64,000 nt of DNA from a virus (IMGVR_UViG_2889736374_000001:1-64000); one strand, 5' to 3'; positions 8,490 through 18,524 are shown, numbered from the stretch's first letter. The notes: generated from the sequence alone by a model not told the origin. Translations and numbers: made by a program.

Positions 8490-9728
8490 CTAAATCCCCC
8501 CGAGCCGCGCCACGATCTCGGAGACGAGACCTTCGACGGCCGGACGGTAGCGGCGGATTTCGTGGTCGGCGCGCTTGAAGGCCGGCGCCGGCTCGATGCC
8601 CAGATTGACCGTCAGGTGGCCGAGCCTGATCTGCTCGGGGCTGTTGCGGTCGGCGCGGAACTGGACGTCGTAGCCCAGAATGTCGTCGGCCGCCTTGCGG
8701 TCGCGCAGCATGAAGCGGATCGAATTCAGCCAGGCCTCGACGATGTCGGCCGTGATGCGACGGCCGAGGAATTCCCGCGTGATCTGCATCAGCGCGACGG
8801 TCAGATAGTCGGCACCGCGCACCTGGTGGATCTGCTTCCACAATTCGCCGGTCTCGGTGTTGTCCGTGCCGATGAAGACGAAGCCGCCATCGCCCACCGC
8901 CCCGTCGACGCCGGTCTCGCCGCGCGCCACGATCGAGACTTCCGCCTCCAGCATCTGCTGGCCTTCGGTGGAGCCGTCGAGCAGCGAGAAGGGGATCGGC
9001 CGCGACAGGCCGGCCAGGCCCTGGATCGGCCGGTTGGCGATCGGGTTGAAGGGCCGCCCGCCATGCATGGCGTCGACGCGCATGAACAGCCCGACGACGC
9101 GCGGCGCCATGGGCCTGGTGACCACCTCCGCGCCCTCGAAGACGCGGGCGGCGACGCCGATCGGCATGAGCCGCTGCGAATTCATGGTCTCGCGGGCATC
9201 GATCGCCAGCGCCGAAGAACTGTCGTCGACGTCGATCGGCGCGATGGCGAGCAGCCTTTCGCAGGCGGCGGGCAGCGCGGCGACGACAGGATTGGCGGTC
9301 TCCTCGTCGGGGCGCCAGGCGGTGCGCCCGGCGAAGATGAGCCGCGGCGTCATGTTGGCGATGGAGGGGATGGAGCCGACGCCCTGCAGCGCCTCGACGA
9401 TCGCGGCCGACGTGTTGGCCAGCGCCGCCGCGGGATCCTCGTCGTCGTCTTCCGCCACGCGCAGAATGACGACATCCGCCCCGGCATTGAGCCCGGCGAT
9501 CTGGCTGTTGATGCCGCGCACGGCATCGGCCAGGTAGCCGGTGCCCAGCGCCTCGACGGCATCGGGATCGGACGTGGAAATGCGCACGGGCACGCCGATC
9601 GGATAGGCCTCGGCCGAGGCGTCGGGCGAGGTTTCGATCAGAAGAGCCTTTGAAAAATCGGCCCCGAGCACGGGAACCGGCTCGTCCTCGGGCCGCGTGA
9701 AAGTCATGCCGAAAGTCGGTGCCGACAT
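8490..9728 (-). CDS. Contractile tail sheath protein (FI-like)
   Basis: About 412 aa, NSPEQIRLG...EPAP C-terminal motifs, precedes tube. Confidence 0.9.
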   Translation of the reverse strand: MSAPTFGMTFTRPEDEPVPVLGADFSKALLIETSPDASAEAYPIGVPVRISTSDPDAVEALGTGYLADAVRGINSQIAGLNAGADVVILRVAEDDDEDPAAALANTSAAIVEALQGVGSIPSIANMTPRLIFAGRTAWRPDEETANPVVAALPAACERLLAIAPIDVDDSSSALAIDARETMNSQRLMPIGVAARVFEGAEVVTRPMAPRVVGLFMRVDAMHGGRPFNPIANRPIQGLAGLSRPIPFSLLDGSTEGQQMLEAEVSIVARGETGVDGAVGDGGFVFIGTDNTETGELWKQIHQVRGADYLTVALMQITREFLGRRITADIVEAWLNSIRFMLRDRKAADDILGYDVQFRADRNSPEQIRLGHLTVNLGIEPAPAFKRADHEIRRYRPAVEGLVSEIVARLGGI

Positions 9729-9801
9729 CGGGTTTCTCCTGGTGTGTTGTGAAGGGGCCTTGCCCAAGGGCCATTCGGGCTCCGGCATGACGCCGAAAAC
9801 G

Positions 9802-9823
9802 AAAAACCCGCCAGAAGGCGGGT
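9802..9823 (-). terminator. Intrinsic terminator between fibre genes and sheath
   Basis: ACCCGCC-TTCT-GGCGGGT followed by TTTT on the minus strand. Confidence 0.75.
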
Positions 9824-9848
9824 CGGGGAAAAGCTCGGTGGCCGGGCG

Positions 9849-10328
9849 CTACAGCGCGCTGGCGGCCATCCACATGTCATCGATCTGTTCGGGCGAGAGC
9901 CCGAGCGCGGCGCCGATCGTCTCGATCAGCGGATGGGTGCGCTGGTAGACGGTCGCATCCTCCCATTCGATCCTGGCCGTTTCCTTCGCGTTGCCTTCCG
10001 GCATGACGTCGATCTCGGCCGTGACCTGTGTCGAGGTGATGCCGGCGGCGAGCAGGCCGAGCCGCAGCTGGCGACGCGAGAGTTCGGGCATGGCCGCGCG
10101 CAGTTCCTCGGCAGTGGGCGGGACGTAGGGGGCGACAGGCCTGCCCTCGGCAATCCACAGATCGAGGCCGGCGCGGATCTGCGGCGCGAGGCCGAAACCG
10201 TCATCCGGCCGCGAGGCATAGTCGGCGACGTAGCGCTGGCCTTCCATGTCGGTAAGATCGGCGGCCACGATATATACGCCCGGCTCTTCGGTCTCACGGA
10301 CCGCGGTGATCTCGTGCAGCTGCATCAT
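9849..10328 (-). CDS. Tail fibre assembly/chaperone-like protein
   Basis: LSRRQLRLGL...IEWEDAT...HPLI...LGLSPEQIDDMW motif typical of fibre-adjacent genes. Confidence 0.7.
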   Translation of the reverse strand: MMQLHEITAVRETEEPGVYIVAADLTDMEGQRYVADYASRPDDGFGLAPQIRAGLDLWIAEGRPVAPYVPPTAEELRAAMPELSRRQLRLGLLAAGITSTQVTAEIDVMPEGNAKETARIEWEDATVYQRTHPLIETIGAALGLSPEQIDDMWMAASAL

Positions 10329-11362
10329 GCCATCCTCTGGAAGAGCGACCCATTGAGGCTGCCGTCACGGCCCCGAGCACGGAAGGTGCCGCTGAGTGCC
10401 GCGCCGCCGCCACCGATGGTGTAGCGGTGTGGCGAACTGGTATCGAGCCGGATAGTCGCGCTGTCGTTACGATCGACCGCTGCACCGTGAAGGACCATCA
10501 CCGGATGCCCGAGCGGGAAGTTCGTCGCATTAGTGCCCGACCCGGTGAACAGCCCGACCTCCGGCTTGGTCTCCAGAGAATCGATGGCCTGTGCGATGCG
10601 CTGTGCCGTCCAGGCGCGGACCGTAGCGGCGGTGCCGGAGCGCGCTTCACCTTCCGTGACCAGCGCCATGTTGCCGCTGTGCCAGAAGGTGCGGATCGCG
10701 TTGTTGAACCGCGCGATGAGCCCGGCCGTGGTCATCCACAGATCGCCGTTTACAGACTCGCCCGGCGCCGTGCCGTGCGGCATGCGCAACGGCGCGGCGT
10801 CCTCGGTACCGGCCGGCAGACGCAGCGGCCCGGTCATGGTGCCGCCCGCCTTGTCGAGCTTCGTATCGAGTGCGGCAGTCACATCGGCCGCCGGAGCCTT
10901 GGTGGCCAGTTCGTCAGCCACAGCATCGAGTGCAGTCGCGACGCCTGTCGCAGATGCCGCCCCGATCGCCGTGCGCGCCTCGGCCTGGTCGGCCGCCGCC
11001 ATGAAGCTCTTGATCGTGGCCGAGGTCGAGAAGTTCGCCGGATTGAGATAGAAGCTCGCCGGCTGGCTGTTGAGCAGCACCGAGTTCGGCGCGACGCCCT
11101 CGACGATGATCGCGATATTGTCGAAGGCGGTCTGGATCGCCTGCTGCAACTCGCCGAGTTCGGGCGCGATATTGACCTGTATGAGATCGAGCGCGGCCTG
11201 CGTGCCCTGCGCGATCAGGTTCTCGAACGTGCCTTCCAGCTCTTCGCGCTCGACCAGGCGGGCATGGATGGAGCCGAAGACCGCGTTGAAGAGGTCCGGC
11301 GACATCTCATACCGGGAGTCGACCGTGTAGCCGTTCTCAGGCGATGGCGTCGGCAGTGTCAA
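10325..11362 (-). CDS. Tail fibre protein
   Basis: KLDKAGGTMTGPL and EARSGT...WTAQRIAQAI fibre motifs. Confidence 0.8.
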   Translation of the reverse strand: MTLPTPSPENGYTVDSRYEMSPDLFNAVFGSIHARLVEREELEGTFENLIAQGTQAALDLIQVNIAPELGELQQAIQTAFDNIAIIVEGVAPNSVLLNSQPASFYLNPANFSTSATIKSFMAAADQAEARTAIGAASATGVATALDAVADELATKAPAADVTAALDTKLDKAGGTMTGPLRLPAGTEDAAPLRMPHGTAPGESVNGDLWMTTAGLIARFNNAIRTFWHSGNMALVTEGEARSGTAATVRAWTAQRIAQAIDSLETKPEVGLFTGSGTNATNFPLGHPVMVLHGAAVDRNDSATIRLDTSSPHRYTIGGGGAALSGTFRARGRDGSLNGSLFQRMA

Positions 11363-11516
11363 CGCAGTTCTCCCCGTGTTCGTCGACCAGCTTGTTGAGG
11401 AAGGCGCCCTTCATTTCGTAGACGCCGCCCGGCAGAAACCGCATCCGCCCATGCTGGACGGCGCGGCTGAGCTTGACCGAATAGGTCTTCTTTTCGTTGT
11501 AAGGCTTCGTGGCCAT
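11337..11516 (-). CDS. Small tail-region protein (59 aa)
   Basis: RBS GAGG before ATG at 11516; overlaps the fibre gene start. Confidence 0.6.
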   Translation of the reverse strand: MATKPYNEKKTYSVKLSRAVQHGRMRFLPGGVYEMKGAFLNKLVDEHGENCVDTADAIA

Positions 11517-11777
11517 TGAGGTTTCCTCTTGTCGGGCGCCGGCATTATACGTTTCGGGGCGGCGATCCCCTATGCAGGAAGCGGGTAGAGCGGCTGCCAT
11601 CGAAGCGTCAGGCCGAAGCCGATCAGACACAACAGCCACGCCACCCCGGCGCGAAGGTAAAGCATTGCGATGATCCGGGTTAGGCGGGCGCATGGCAGGC
11701 GCCTTGCCAGGGGTGGAACGGTCGGCTAGGGGGGCAGGGCGGCTAAAATCCGTGAGCCCTTAGGAGAGTACCCACCG

Positions 11778-12824
11778 ATGGAAGAATGGATTGCGTCGGC
11801 TATCAGAGCCGCGAAAGAAATGGAGGCACATTCCCCCCTCGAAAAAGGCGGCGCCAACGCTGACTTCGTTAAGCAAAGCTACGAAAACCATTGGGGTGGA
11901 AGGGTTGAGAGTATCCGTGAAAAGATAGCCGGCGGCGAAACAATCGCTCACATCCTCGCCGGTATTCGCAGCCAGCCCCACCTCCTGAGAAACAATCAGG
12001 GCACCGACGCGATCACCAAGAACGCGCTGCCCGACTTCAACGAAACTACGTCGGATGGCAATCCGACGTCACGTCTCGGAGTATGCAACAGCCGGTTCGT
12101 CGCGCAGCCAAACTTCGACCCGATGACCGCCATCTACCGACATGCCTTGGATGCGGACACGATAGTTGAACTCGGCGCGGGGCCGGGGTGGAACCTGTTC
12201 AACCTCTCGACCTTTTTGGGCAAGGCCGTGCACGGAAAGCGCCTGTTTGGTCTCGAGTACTCTGATGCCGGGCTGGAAATCATCAAGCTTCTTGCCGAGC
12301 ATGAAAGCCTGCCAATCGAAGCGCACTTCTTCGATTACAGAAACCCCGACCTGTCCGTGCTCCCCCCTACAGGGCGCATGTTGATCTTTTCGCATCACTC
12401 GATGGAGCAGGTTGAGGAAATATCTCCCTTGCTTCACCAAACGATAGCGGCCCGAAAAGAGCCAACGAAACTTATCCACTGCGAGCCTATCGGATGGCAG
12501 CGCTTCCCTGATCTATACAAGGCGCGCGTCCGTGAGAACGACAACCTCTTAAAGGCGATGGTCGTTCGGCGCTTCGATGACCTGCATGCACCCCATGCGG
12601 TCGCGATGTCCGCCGCCATCAACTCTTGGCGCGTCAAATATAACAGAAACGCTATGAATTGCATCAACAAGCAGGTGAACGCCAAGCGGTTCATAGTGCG
12701 AGAAGCAATCTATGACTTCACCCACATCTACAACTCCAATCCCGTTAATCCTTCGACATATTTGGAGATTGATGTCCTTCCGCCACGCGATCAACCAAAG
12801 GAAGAAAGCGCGGAACAGGAGTGA
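11778..12824 (+). CDS. Class I SAM-dependent methyltransferase
   Basis: IVELGAGPGWN motif I, GLEYS, FFDY; RBS AGGAG. Confidence 0.8.
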   Translation: MEEWIASAIRAAKEMEAHSPLEKGGANADFVKQSYENHWGGRVESIREKIAGGETIAHILAGIRSQPHLLRNNQGTDAITKNALPDFNETTSDGNPTSRLGVCNSRFVAQPNFDPMTAIYRHALDADTIVELGAGPGWNLFNLSTFLGKAVHGKRLFGLEYSDAGLEIIKLLAEHESLPIEAHFFDYRNPDLSVLPPTGRMLIFSHHSMEQVEEISPLLHQTIAARKEPTKLIHCEPIGWQRFPDLYKARVRENDNLLKAMVVRRFDDLHAPHAVAMSAAINSWRVKYNRNAMNCINKQVNAKRFIVREAIYDFTHIYNSNPVNPSTYLEIDVLPPRDQPKEESAEQE

Positions 12825-12879
12825 CTTGTCTACCGGCATGCGCTAAGCGGTGCCGCTCTTCAGTAAATATGGTGAGGCG

Positions 12880-15018
12880 ATGCGCACGATTATCAGGAAA
12901 ATCGTTCCCTACAGTGTGAGGCAAGCCCTGTGGAGGCTGAGAAACAACAAGCAGTTGTTTGCCGGCGAACCCGTCGTGCGACTGAAGTCTACTCGCTCCG
13001 CGCCAGACAATCTGCCGGTTAAGGCGCCGAAGCCTGTCACCCCCGTCGCGAACCGACCAAGAGCCTTTTCCAATCTTATTCGCACCATGTCGATCAAGCA
13101 GTTGGACGATGCGACCGTGAAGGGCGTCTCGGATTTGGCCTCGGATGCTCTCGTTATTTGGGCCTCGTTGGAATACAGGCGTGGCAATTTGCGCCTTGCT
13201 ACCGACCTCGCCGCCATGATCCCGCCCAACGCAGATGTCGATCCTAGCCATCTGCGAGCTTGCTGGGACATCCTGCGCGATATCGGCCGCTTTGACCTGG
13301 CAATTAGAGGATTCGAGACCAGAGCATCGGATATCGCTCAAAGCCCAAGTCTTCGCTCCCGGCGCGCACTTACCCTTTTTGCAGCCAAGGGGTACGAGTT
13401 CCTGTCGCGATACGTCGACCGGCACAGCCAATCCACACCTAAAGGTTATGTCGTTCTTTTCGACCTCAACCACCGCATCACATCTGGGCTCATGGTCCCC
13501 ATCGGCATGGAGTTGTTCCGACAAGGGTATGATGTTTCCTCGGTCATCCCGTCAACTATGCCGATCTCCCGGCGTCCCGAGCTACACGGCATTTCTGGTG
13601 CGATCAGGACCAACGGGTCATCTCTTTCGGACGAGCCGTGGACGTCCGATCGGCTCCACAATCACTGGGTTGTCGATTGGGACCATGAAATGGTGTCCTG
13701 CGACGGGGTGAATTACTACACGTTTTTCTCAGAGCGCATCAGCAAATTGCAAGGCGTATATCGCGGCAAACTGGACACTGCCAAAGCCGTCAACCTGTTC
13801 CACTCCATGCTCCATCGAAGCGACCTTGCACTGGTCATATGCAAGCGGTTGGTGACCCTCGCTGAGACGACCGGAAAGCCAGTTCGAGTAGTCGCGATGG
13901 ATACTCACTTCGCTCCCCAGGGCGTCGTGCGCCGCTGGTGCGAACAAATAGGGAAGCGATACAACATCCATATGGTGGGGTTATCCGTCGCATACGAAAA
14001 CTACTTCTCCAATCTTTCAACTCTGGAGGCCCGCACCGTGGCCGTTGAGGACATGACGGCCCGACCAGATGTTAGACATCCCCTACTTGCCGGGCGGTAC
14101 CGCCTTGACCAGTACCTGGCGAGCGACCCGGAAGCCGTCACAAGGCGAGACCTGGTTCTGGGGATGATTAACATGAACCGAAGCGGGACCAGCGATTCAG
14201 ACGAATCCGAGCGCCAGAGGGTTCTTCAGGCGATCAGTGCCGCCAAGGAAGATGGGCGAAAGGTGTTTTGCGCCTTCGGAAAGGTTCTCATCGATTTCGC
14301 GGCCCCCGACGACCGGGGGAATGTTTTCAAGGATTTCCCCACTTGGGCAAGGGCCTTGGTGGACATGGCCGCGAAATCGAACTCGCTGCTGATTATCAAG
14401 CCCCACCCCCACGAATTGCGTAGTGAGATCGTTCAGGACGGGTGTCAGAAACTTCGAGATCTGCTGCCCGAGGTCCTGCCCGATAACGTCATTTTCCTGG
14501 GCCACTCCTCGTTTAATTCGTCGGAGCTTGCCGACCACGTTGATGGCTGCTTTCTTTGGAACGGAACGGCATATGCTGAATATCAGGTGCTGGGCTGCCC
14601 TGCTTTTGCGGAGAGCATCTGGGCGGAAAAGGACTACCCTATAGACGCTCCTGTGCTGCGGACGCTGGACGACTACACAAGAGTGTTCAGAGGAGTTTCC
14701 CCGCGAGAAATCCCGGTCCATACGGTTGAACGCGCCATCGCCTACATGCAATTTATGAAGTCGGGGTTCGTTACAATCCCATTCCATTACTTCCGACGGC
14801 CAGCGACCAACAAGCCCATCGGCCCCAACATCTTCTACGAAGACCAGATCCTTGACTTGGACCAGAATGGCGACCCACATGTAACCAAGGCCGCCAGCCG
14901 GTTCTTTGAATTTGACAAGGGCGCCGAGCCCGTTGCTTACTTGCCCGCCCCTCTCAAGATGGAAGGCCCGAAACATGAACCACCGAAACGTCGCCGTACT
15001 CGTAAGACCCGTCAATGA
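12880..15018 (+). CDS. Capsule polysaccharide biosynthesis/export-type GT-B glycosyltransferase (KpsS/LpsZ-like)
   Basis: C-terminal LLIIKPHPHE, NVIFL and WNGTAYAEYQVLGCP motifs; RBS GGTGAGG before ATG 12880. Confidence 0.6.
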   Translation: MRTIIRKIVPYSVRQALWRLRNNKQLFAGEPVVRLKSTRSAPDNLPVKAPKPVTPVANRPRAFSNLIRTMSIKQLDDATVKGVSDLASDALVIWASLEYRRGNLRLATDLAAMIPPNADVDPSHLRACWDILRDIGRFDLAIRGFETRASDIAQSPSLRSRRALTLFAAKGYEFLSRYVDRHSQSTPKGYVVLFDLNHRITSGLMVPIGMELFRQGYDVSSVIPSTMPISRRPELHGISGAIRTNGSSLSDEPWTSDRLHNHWVVDWDHEMVSCDGVNYYTFFSERISKLQGVYRGKLDTAKAVNLFHSMLHRSDLALVICKRLVTLAETTGKPVRVVAMDTHFAPQGVVRRWCEQIGKRYNIHMVGLSVAYENYFSNLSTLEARTVAVEDMTARPDVRHPLLAGRYRLDQYLASDPEAVTRRDLVLGMINMNRSGTSDSDESERQRVLQAISAAKEDGRKVFCAFGKVLIDFAAPDDRGNVFKDFPTWARALVDMAAKSNSLLIIKPHPHELRSEIVQDGCQKLRDLLPEVLPDNVIFLGHSSFNSSELADHVDGCFLWNGTAYAEYQVLGCPAFAESIWAEKDYPIDAPVLRTLDDYTRVFRGVSPREIPVHTVERAIAYMQFMKSGFVTIPFHYFRRPATNKPIGPNIFYEDQILDLDQNGDPHVTKAASRFFEFDKGAEPVAYLPAPLKMEGPKHEPPKRRRTRKTRQ

Positions 15019-15139
15019 CAACGATGGGATCAAGGCCCTGGAGATGGAGGAGCATATCCGTGCGTGCGAGGGCTCGGCCAACCGCGTTTGCAGGGAACTG
15101 TACCACCATGACGATGATGGCCCGTGGGAGGAATAGTAG

Positions 15140-15334
15140 CTAGCTGGAGCTTTCGTCCTGCCCGGCGCTGGTCTCCAACAGCCGATCAAGCGGGCTCATC
15201 ACGATCAGATCGTCCTCGCCGGGAAGCGTCTCCACTTCAAACCCTTCGGCGCGAAGCATCATGAGCAGCCTGTTTGTCATGAGCGTTTTCCCGCTCCCCG
15301 GCTCACCCTGCACAATGATTGAAAGGTTGTTCAT
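15140..15334 (-). CDS. Small P-loop protein or NTPase/kinase fragment
   Basis: IIVQGEPGSGKT Walker A in only 64 aa; start overlaps the upstream stop. Confidence 0.45.
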   Translation of the reverse strand: MNNLSIIVQGEPGSGKTLMTNRLLMMLRAEGFEVETLPGEDDLIVMSPLDRLLETSAGQDESSS

Positions 15335-16497
15335 CAGCCTGTGATCCTTCCAAGGTTGACCCCCACCAGATAGATGCCCGGCTCGACACCATAGTCACCA
15401 TTCGTCGCGCCGGGCGCGAGATAGCAAGCACCCATTGCGTAACTGCCAACGACGAGGGTCAACATCAACTGCCCTACGTCCGTCGACCAACCGGCTCCGA
15501 TCTGCGCGAAGTTCGGCCAGGTTACGCCGTGATCTGTCGAGCGATGCGCACCGACGCCTGTCAGTTTTGTCCCGCTCGCCAGTCGTCCCGCTGCATCGAG
15601 GCCAGAGCGGTTGGGTTGCCGCAAACCAAGGGGAAGAGCCAAATCGTCGTTTGGCAGCCTATGTAGCTCGGGCTGCGTACCGCGTGGCGTGATGAGAGCT
15701 GGCGCGGGGAACGGTCCTACGCCGCCCGTCTTCCGGGTTTGATACAGAGGTCGATTAGCCCCCGTCTCCTCGCGCATAACACAGACATGATCGCCATTGC
15801 CCGCGATGACATAGCCAGCTTCACCGAAAGCAAGCGCAGGATTGGACCCGATGATTTCCTTGAATGTGAAGTCCCAGCCGCCATTGCTGCTTACAAACGC
15901 GGCCGTAACGAACGGTGTCGGGCTGACGCGGTAGCCGGTGATGATGATGTCGCTGCCATCCTGCACCGGACGGCCCGCCCATATCGCATAGGTCCCGTTG
16001 TCACCCCCCGCCGTGGTGACGGCAATGGTGGACTGGATTTTTGTCTCGTAGACGCCTGGGGAAAGGCATCGAGCACGGAAGATGTTCTTGCCGCCGAACA
16101 CCTCGCCGGGTTCCAGGATGTCATCCAGAAAGCTCAAGGTTTGAAACCCGGCGCTGTTCTCGAAATAGACCCCCTGCTGAATGTCGATGACCTGCACATC
16201 ATCGGGGTCGGAAAAATCGACATACACCTTCACCCATCTTTGCCGCTGGGATTGGGCGTGCCCGATGCCGCTCGAAAAGATGAACAGAAGGATTGCGGTT
16301 GTGCTGGAGGTGACCTTCTTGTGGATCGCACTCGGAAAGGCATTGTATTCGTTCCGCTCCAGCCGGATCGCCCTCATCCCGAGCTGCATCCACCGCTGAT
16401 ATTCGGGATTGTCGAGGGACTTCGGGACAGTTGAAATCCTCCCATCGACATCCATCAGGATCGTGTTTGCGTCCGAAGAGATCGCTGAAATGCTCAT
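15334..16497 (-). CDS. Fibre-associated protein with Asp-box (BNR/sialidase-like beta-propeller candidate)
   Basis: HRSTDHGVTW Asp-box, beta-rich; ATGA-coupled to the fibre gene. Confidence 0.55.
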   Translation of the reverse strand: MSISAISSDANTILMDVDGRISTVPKSLDNPEYQRWMQLGMRAIRLERNEYNAFPSAIHKKVTSSTTAILLFIFSSGIGHAQSQRQRWVKVYVDFSDPDDVQVIDIQQGVYFENSAGFQTLSFLDDILEPGEVFGGKNIFRARCLSPGVYETKIQSTIAVTTAGGDNGTYAIWAGRPVQDGSDIIITGYRVSPTPFVTAAFVSSNGGWDFTFKEIIGSNPALAFGEAGYVIAGNGDHVCVMREETGANRPLYQTRKTGGVGPFPAPALITPRGTQPELHRLPNDDLALPLGLRQPNRSGLDAAGRLASGTKLTGVGAHRSTDHGVTWPNFAQIGAGWSTDVGQLMLTLVVGSYAMGACYLAPGATNGDYGVEPGIYLVGVNLGRITG

Positions 16498-18524
16498 GGG
16501 TGGCACGTCGCAAGAATGTGAGCAAAGTAAAGCGTTCGATCAATCGCAGCGGCATTATTTGCTATGATGCACCCCTTTCGTCCAGGATGCGTCACAGCGG
16601 CTGCAATGTCGGCAGCGGGGGAAGCTTGCGCCATCTGGCCTGAAGCACCGGTTTGCGGGCTATAGACGGTCACCGTGGGCGTGGCTTCCATATCCCATTC
16701 GGGAGTAAACGATACGGCTGTTGCAACCCCAGTTCCGTTGGCGGTAAAGCGCTTCGAGCCGCTGTAGTTGACAGGCGTGCCTGGCGCTATGTCGTCATCG
16801 TAGGTCTTCCAGATGATGGAGCGCATCCGCATCTTGCTGTAGATCGGATCGCCTGGAATATAAGGGCTGACAACAGCGCCAATCTCCAACTGCACTTCTT
16901 CGATCTCGGACCAGTCATTGGCACCAGCCGTCCCCGCTGGAACGTGCTGGAAGCGAGCCGCGTTCTGCGTCATGTCGGACGGATATGTTCCCGAAAGGGT
17001 AAATGTCTGCCATGACGTGGAAGGCGTGAGGGCTGCTGAAGTAACGGCGTTGTCACCAACCGAGTAGTTCCCGTTGGTCAACGCAATGACTTGGCGCGTT
17101 AGCGCGTTGGTAGATTTCTCGCCGATAAACAGCGCCCCCGAGAAGTCAGCGCCGGTGCGGTACCGAAACGTGCGGCTGAAAGGCTTACCCGCCAGTGCAA
17201 CAGCATCGTAGCGTTCCAACGGAAGAACCAAGTTGATCGCGTTGGTGCTCGTGTCGCCCGGTGTGCGGTGCACACGGAGAGCGAAATTATTGCCTCTGGA
17301 CCCCTGCTGCCGGGTTACGGTGACACCGGTCGCACCGCTGGTTCGGGCGATGGTCGCTCCAGCGGCAGCAATGATCCGAGCCGCCGTGCCAGTGATAGTC
17401 GCGCCCATCGGCCAGTGTTCGAAGGCTCCCTGCCAGCAGAAGTTCCGCGTATCCCGCTCGCCTTGTGGGCCTTGTGGGCCTTGTGGGCCAGGATCGCCCT
17501 TGTCGCCCACCACTGTCGTCCACAATCCATCGCTCCAGCGGCGCATGGCATCGTCCGCTTCCCGGACATAGAGAGCGCCTTCGATTGGTGATCCACCAGC
17601 AAAGGCCGTCGCGGCGGCGTCGTCTACAAAAGCGCCAAGATAGCGAGTGCGAAATTCTTCCACCCACTCTCTCGCCGATAGCGAGCCAAGGCCGTCAGGG
17701 TTGATGCCAGTGGCCCAGGCTTTGGATTGATCTTTGTGCTCCCCGCTCTCCTGCGCGTATTCGCGGCTGGATTTCGATCCCGGCCCATCGGGCTCGGTGC
17801 CGTCGGCAAACGCCTGTGAGCGCTCGACAGCACTTGAGAGATCGGCCAGGTCGCCAAGCCAGTCTTCCAGCGTGCCTTCATAGCCCTCGTCGACCGCGAG
17901 TTCATAGGCGCTCTTGCCGGTATCGCCCTGATCGCCTTTCTCTCCCTGGGGACCCTGAATAGGACCGACATTGACGAATTCCTCGTCTGTCGCATTCCAG
18001 ACCCACAGATCACCGTCGATCACATAGCCGTCGCCGATATCGCCACTGGCCGGCAGTTCGCTGACATTGGCCAGCGTGCCGAGAATGTTGACCGAACTGC
18101 CGTCGTCGCCCTTCGGGCCGATATCACCCTGGTCACCCTTGGGGCCTGGCTCGCCCTGATCGCCCTTATCCCCTTTGTCGCCTTTCGGGCCGACTTCACC
18201 GGTATCACCGACCTCGCCCTTGAGATCGACGAAATCACCCCACTCCCCGCCGCCCAGACGGAAGCGCACCGCGGTGCCCTGCCACTCGTGTTCGAACCCG
18301 TCTGCAATCTGCGCAAGCTGCTGGAGCCAGGCCTCGATCGTTTCGGCGATACCGAACACCTCGGCGCGAGCCTGCAGCACGGCCGGCAGGCTCTCCAGCA
18401 CCGACAACGGGTCGTTGTCGACATAACCGCGATAGGCGTCGAAGCGGGCGTTGATCGCCTTCAGCAGCGCCTCACCGATCTTGACAGCGGCCTGAGCCTT
18501 GATCTGGTCGGTATGCAGGTTCAT
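16494..18524 (-). CDS. Collagen-like fibre / receptor-binding protein
   Basis: Three Gly-X-Y tracts, SAYELAVDEGYEGTLEDWL motif, C-terminal CBM-like beta domain (EIEEVQLEIG). Confidence 0.75.
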   Translation of the reverse strand: MNLHTDQIKAQAAVKIGEALLKAINARFDAYRGYVDNDPLSVLESLPAVLQARAEVFGIAETIEAWLQQLAQIADGFEHEWQGTAVRFRLGGGEWGDFVDLKGEVGDTGEVGPKGDKGDKGDQGEPGPKGDQGDIGPKGDDGSSVNILGTLANVSELPASGDIGDGYVIDGDLWVWNATDEEFVNVGPIQGPQGEKGDQGDTGKSAYELAVDEGYEGTLEDWLGDLADLSSAVERSQAFADGTEPDGPGSKSSREYAQESGEHKDQSKAWATGINPDGLGSLSAREWVEEFRTRYLGAFVDDAAATAFAGGSPIEGALYVREADDAMRRWSDGLWTTVVGDKGDPGPQGPQGPQGERDTRNFCWQGAFEHWPMGATITGTAARIIAAAGATIARTSGATGVTVTRQQGSRGNNFALRVHRTPGDTSTNAINLVLPLERYDAVALAGKPFSRTFRYRTGADFSGALFIGEKSTNALTRQVIALTNGNYSVGDNAVTSAALTPSTSWQTFTLSGTYPSDMTQNAARFQHVPAGTAGANDWSEIEEVQLEIGAVVSPYIPGDPIYSKMRMRSIIWKTYDDDIAPGTPVNYSGSKRFTANGTGVATAVSFTPEWDMEATPTVTVYSPQTGASGQMAQASPAADIAAAVTHPGRKGCIIANNAAAIDRTLYFAHILATCHP

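Noticed and set aside
14906-15136. Short plus-strand ORF after the glycosyltransferase
   Set aside because: Competing frames, no clear start and no motif
9849-18524. Diversity-generating retroelement or invertible tail-fibre switch
   Set aside because: No reverse transcriptase, no TR/VR pair and no invertase seen; the 9-bp inverted match at 11516-11524 / 18530-18538 is better explained as a split palindrome or chance
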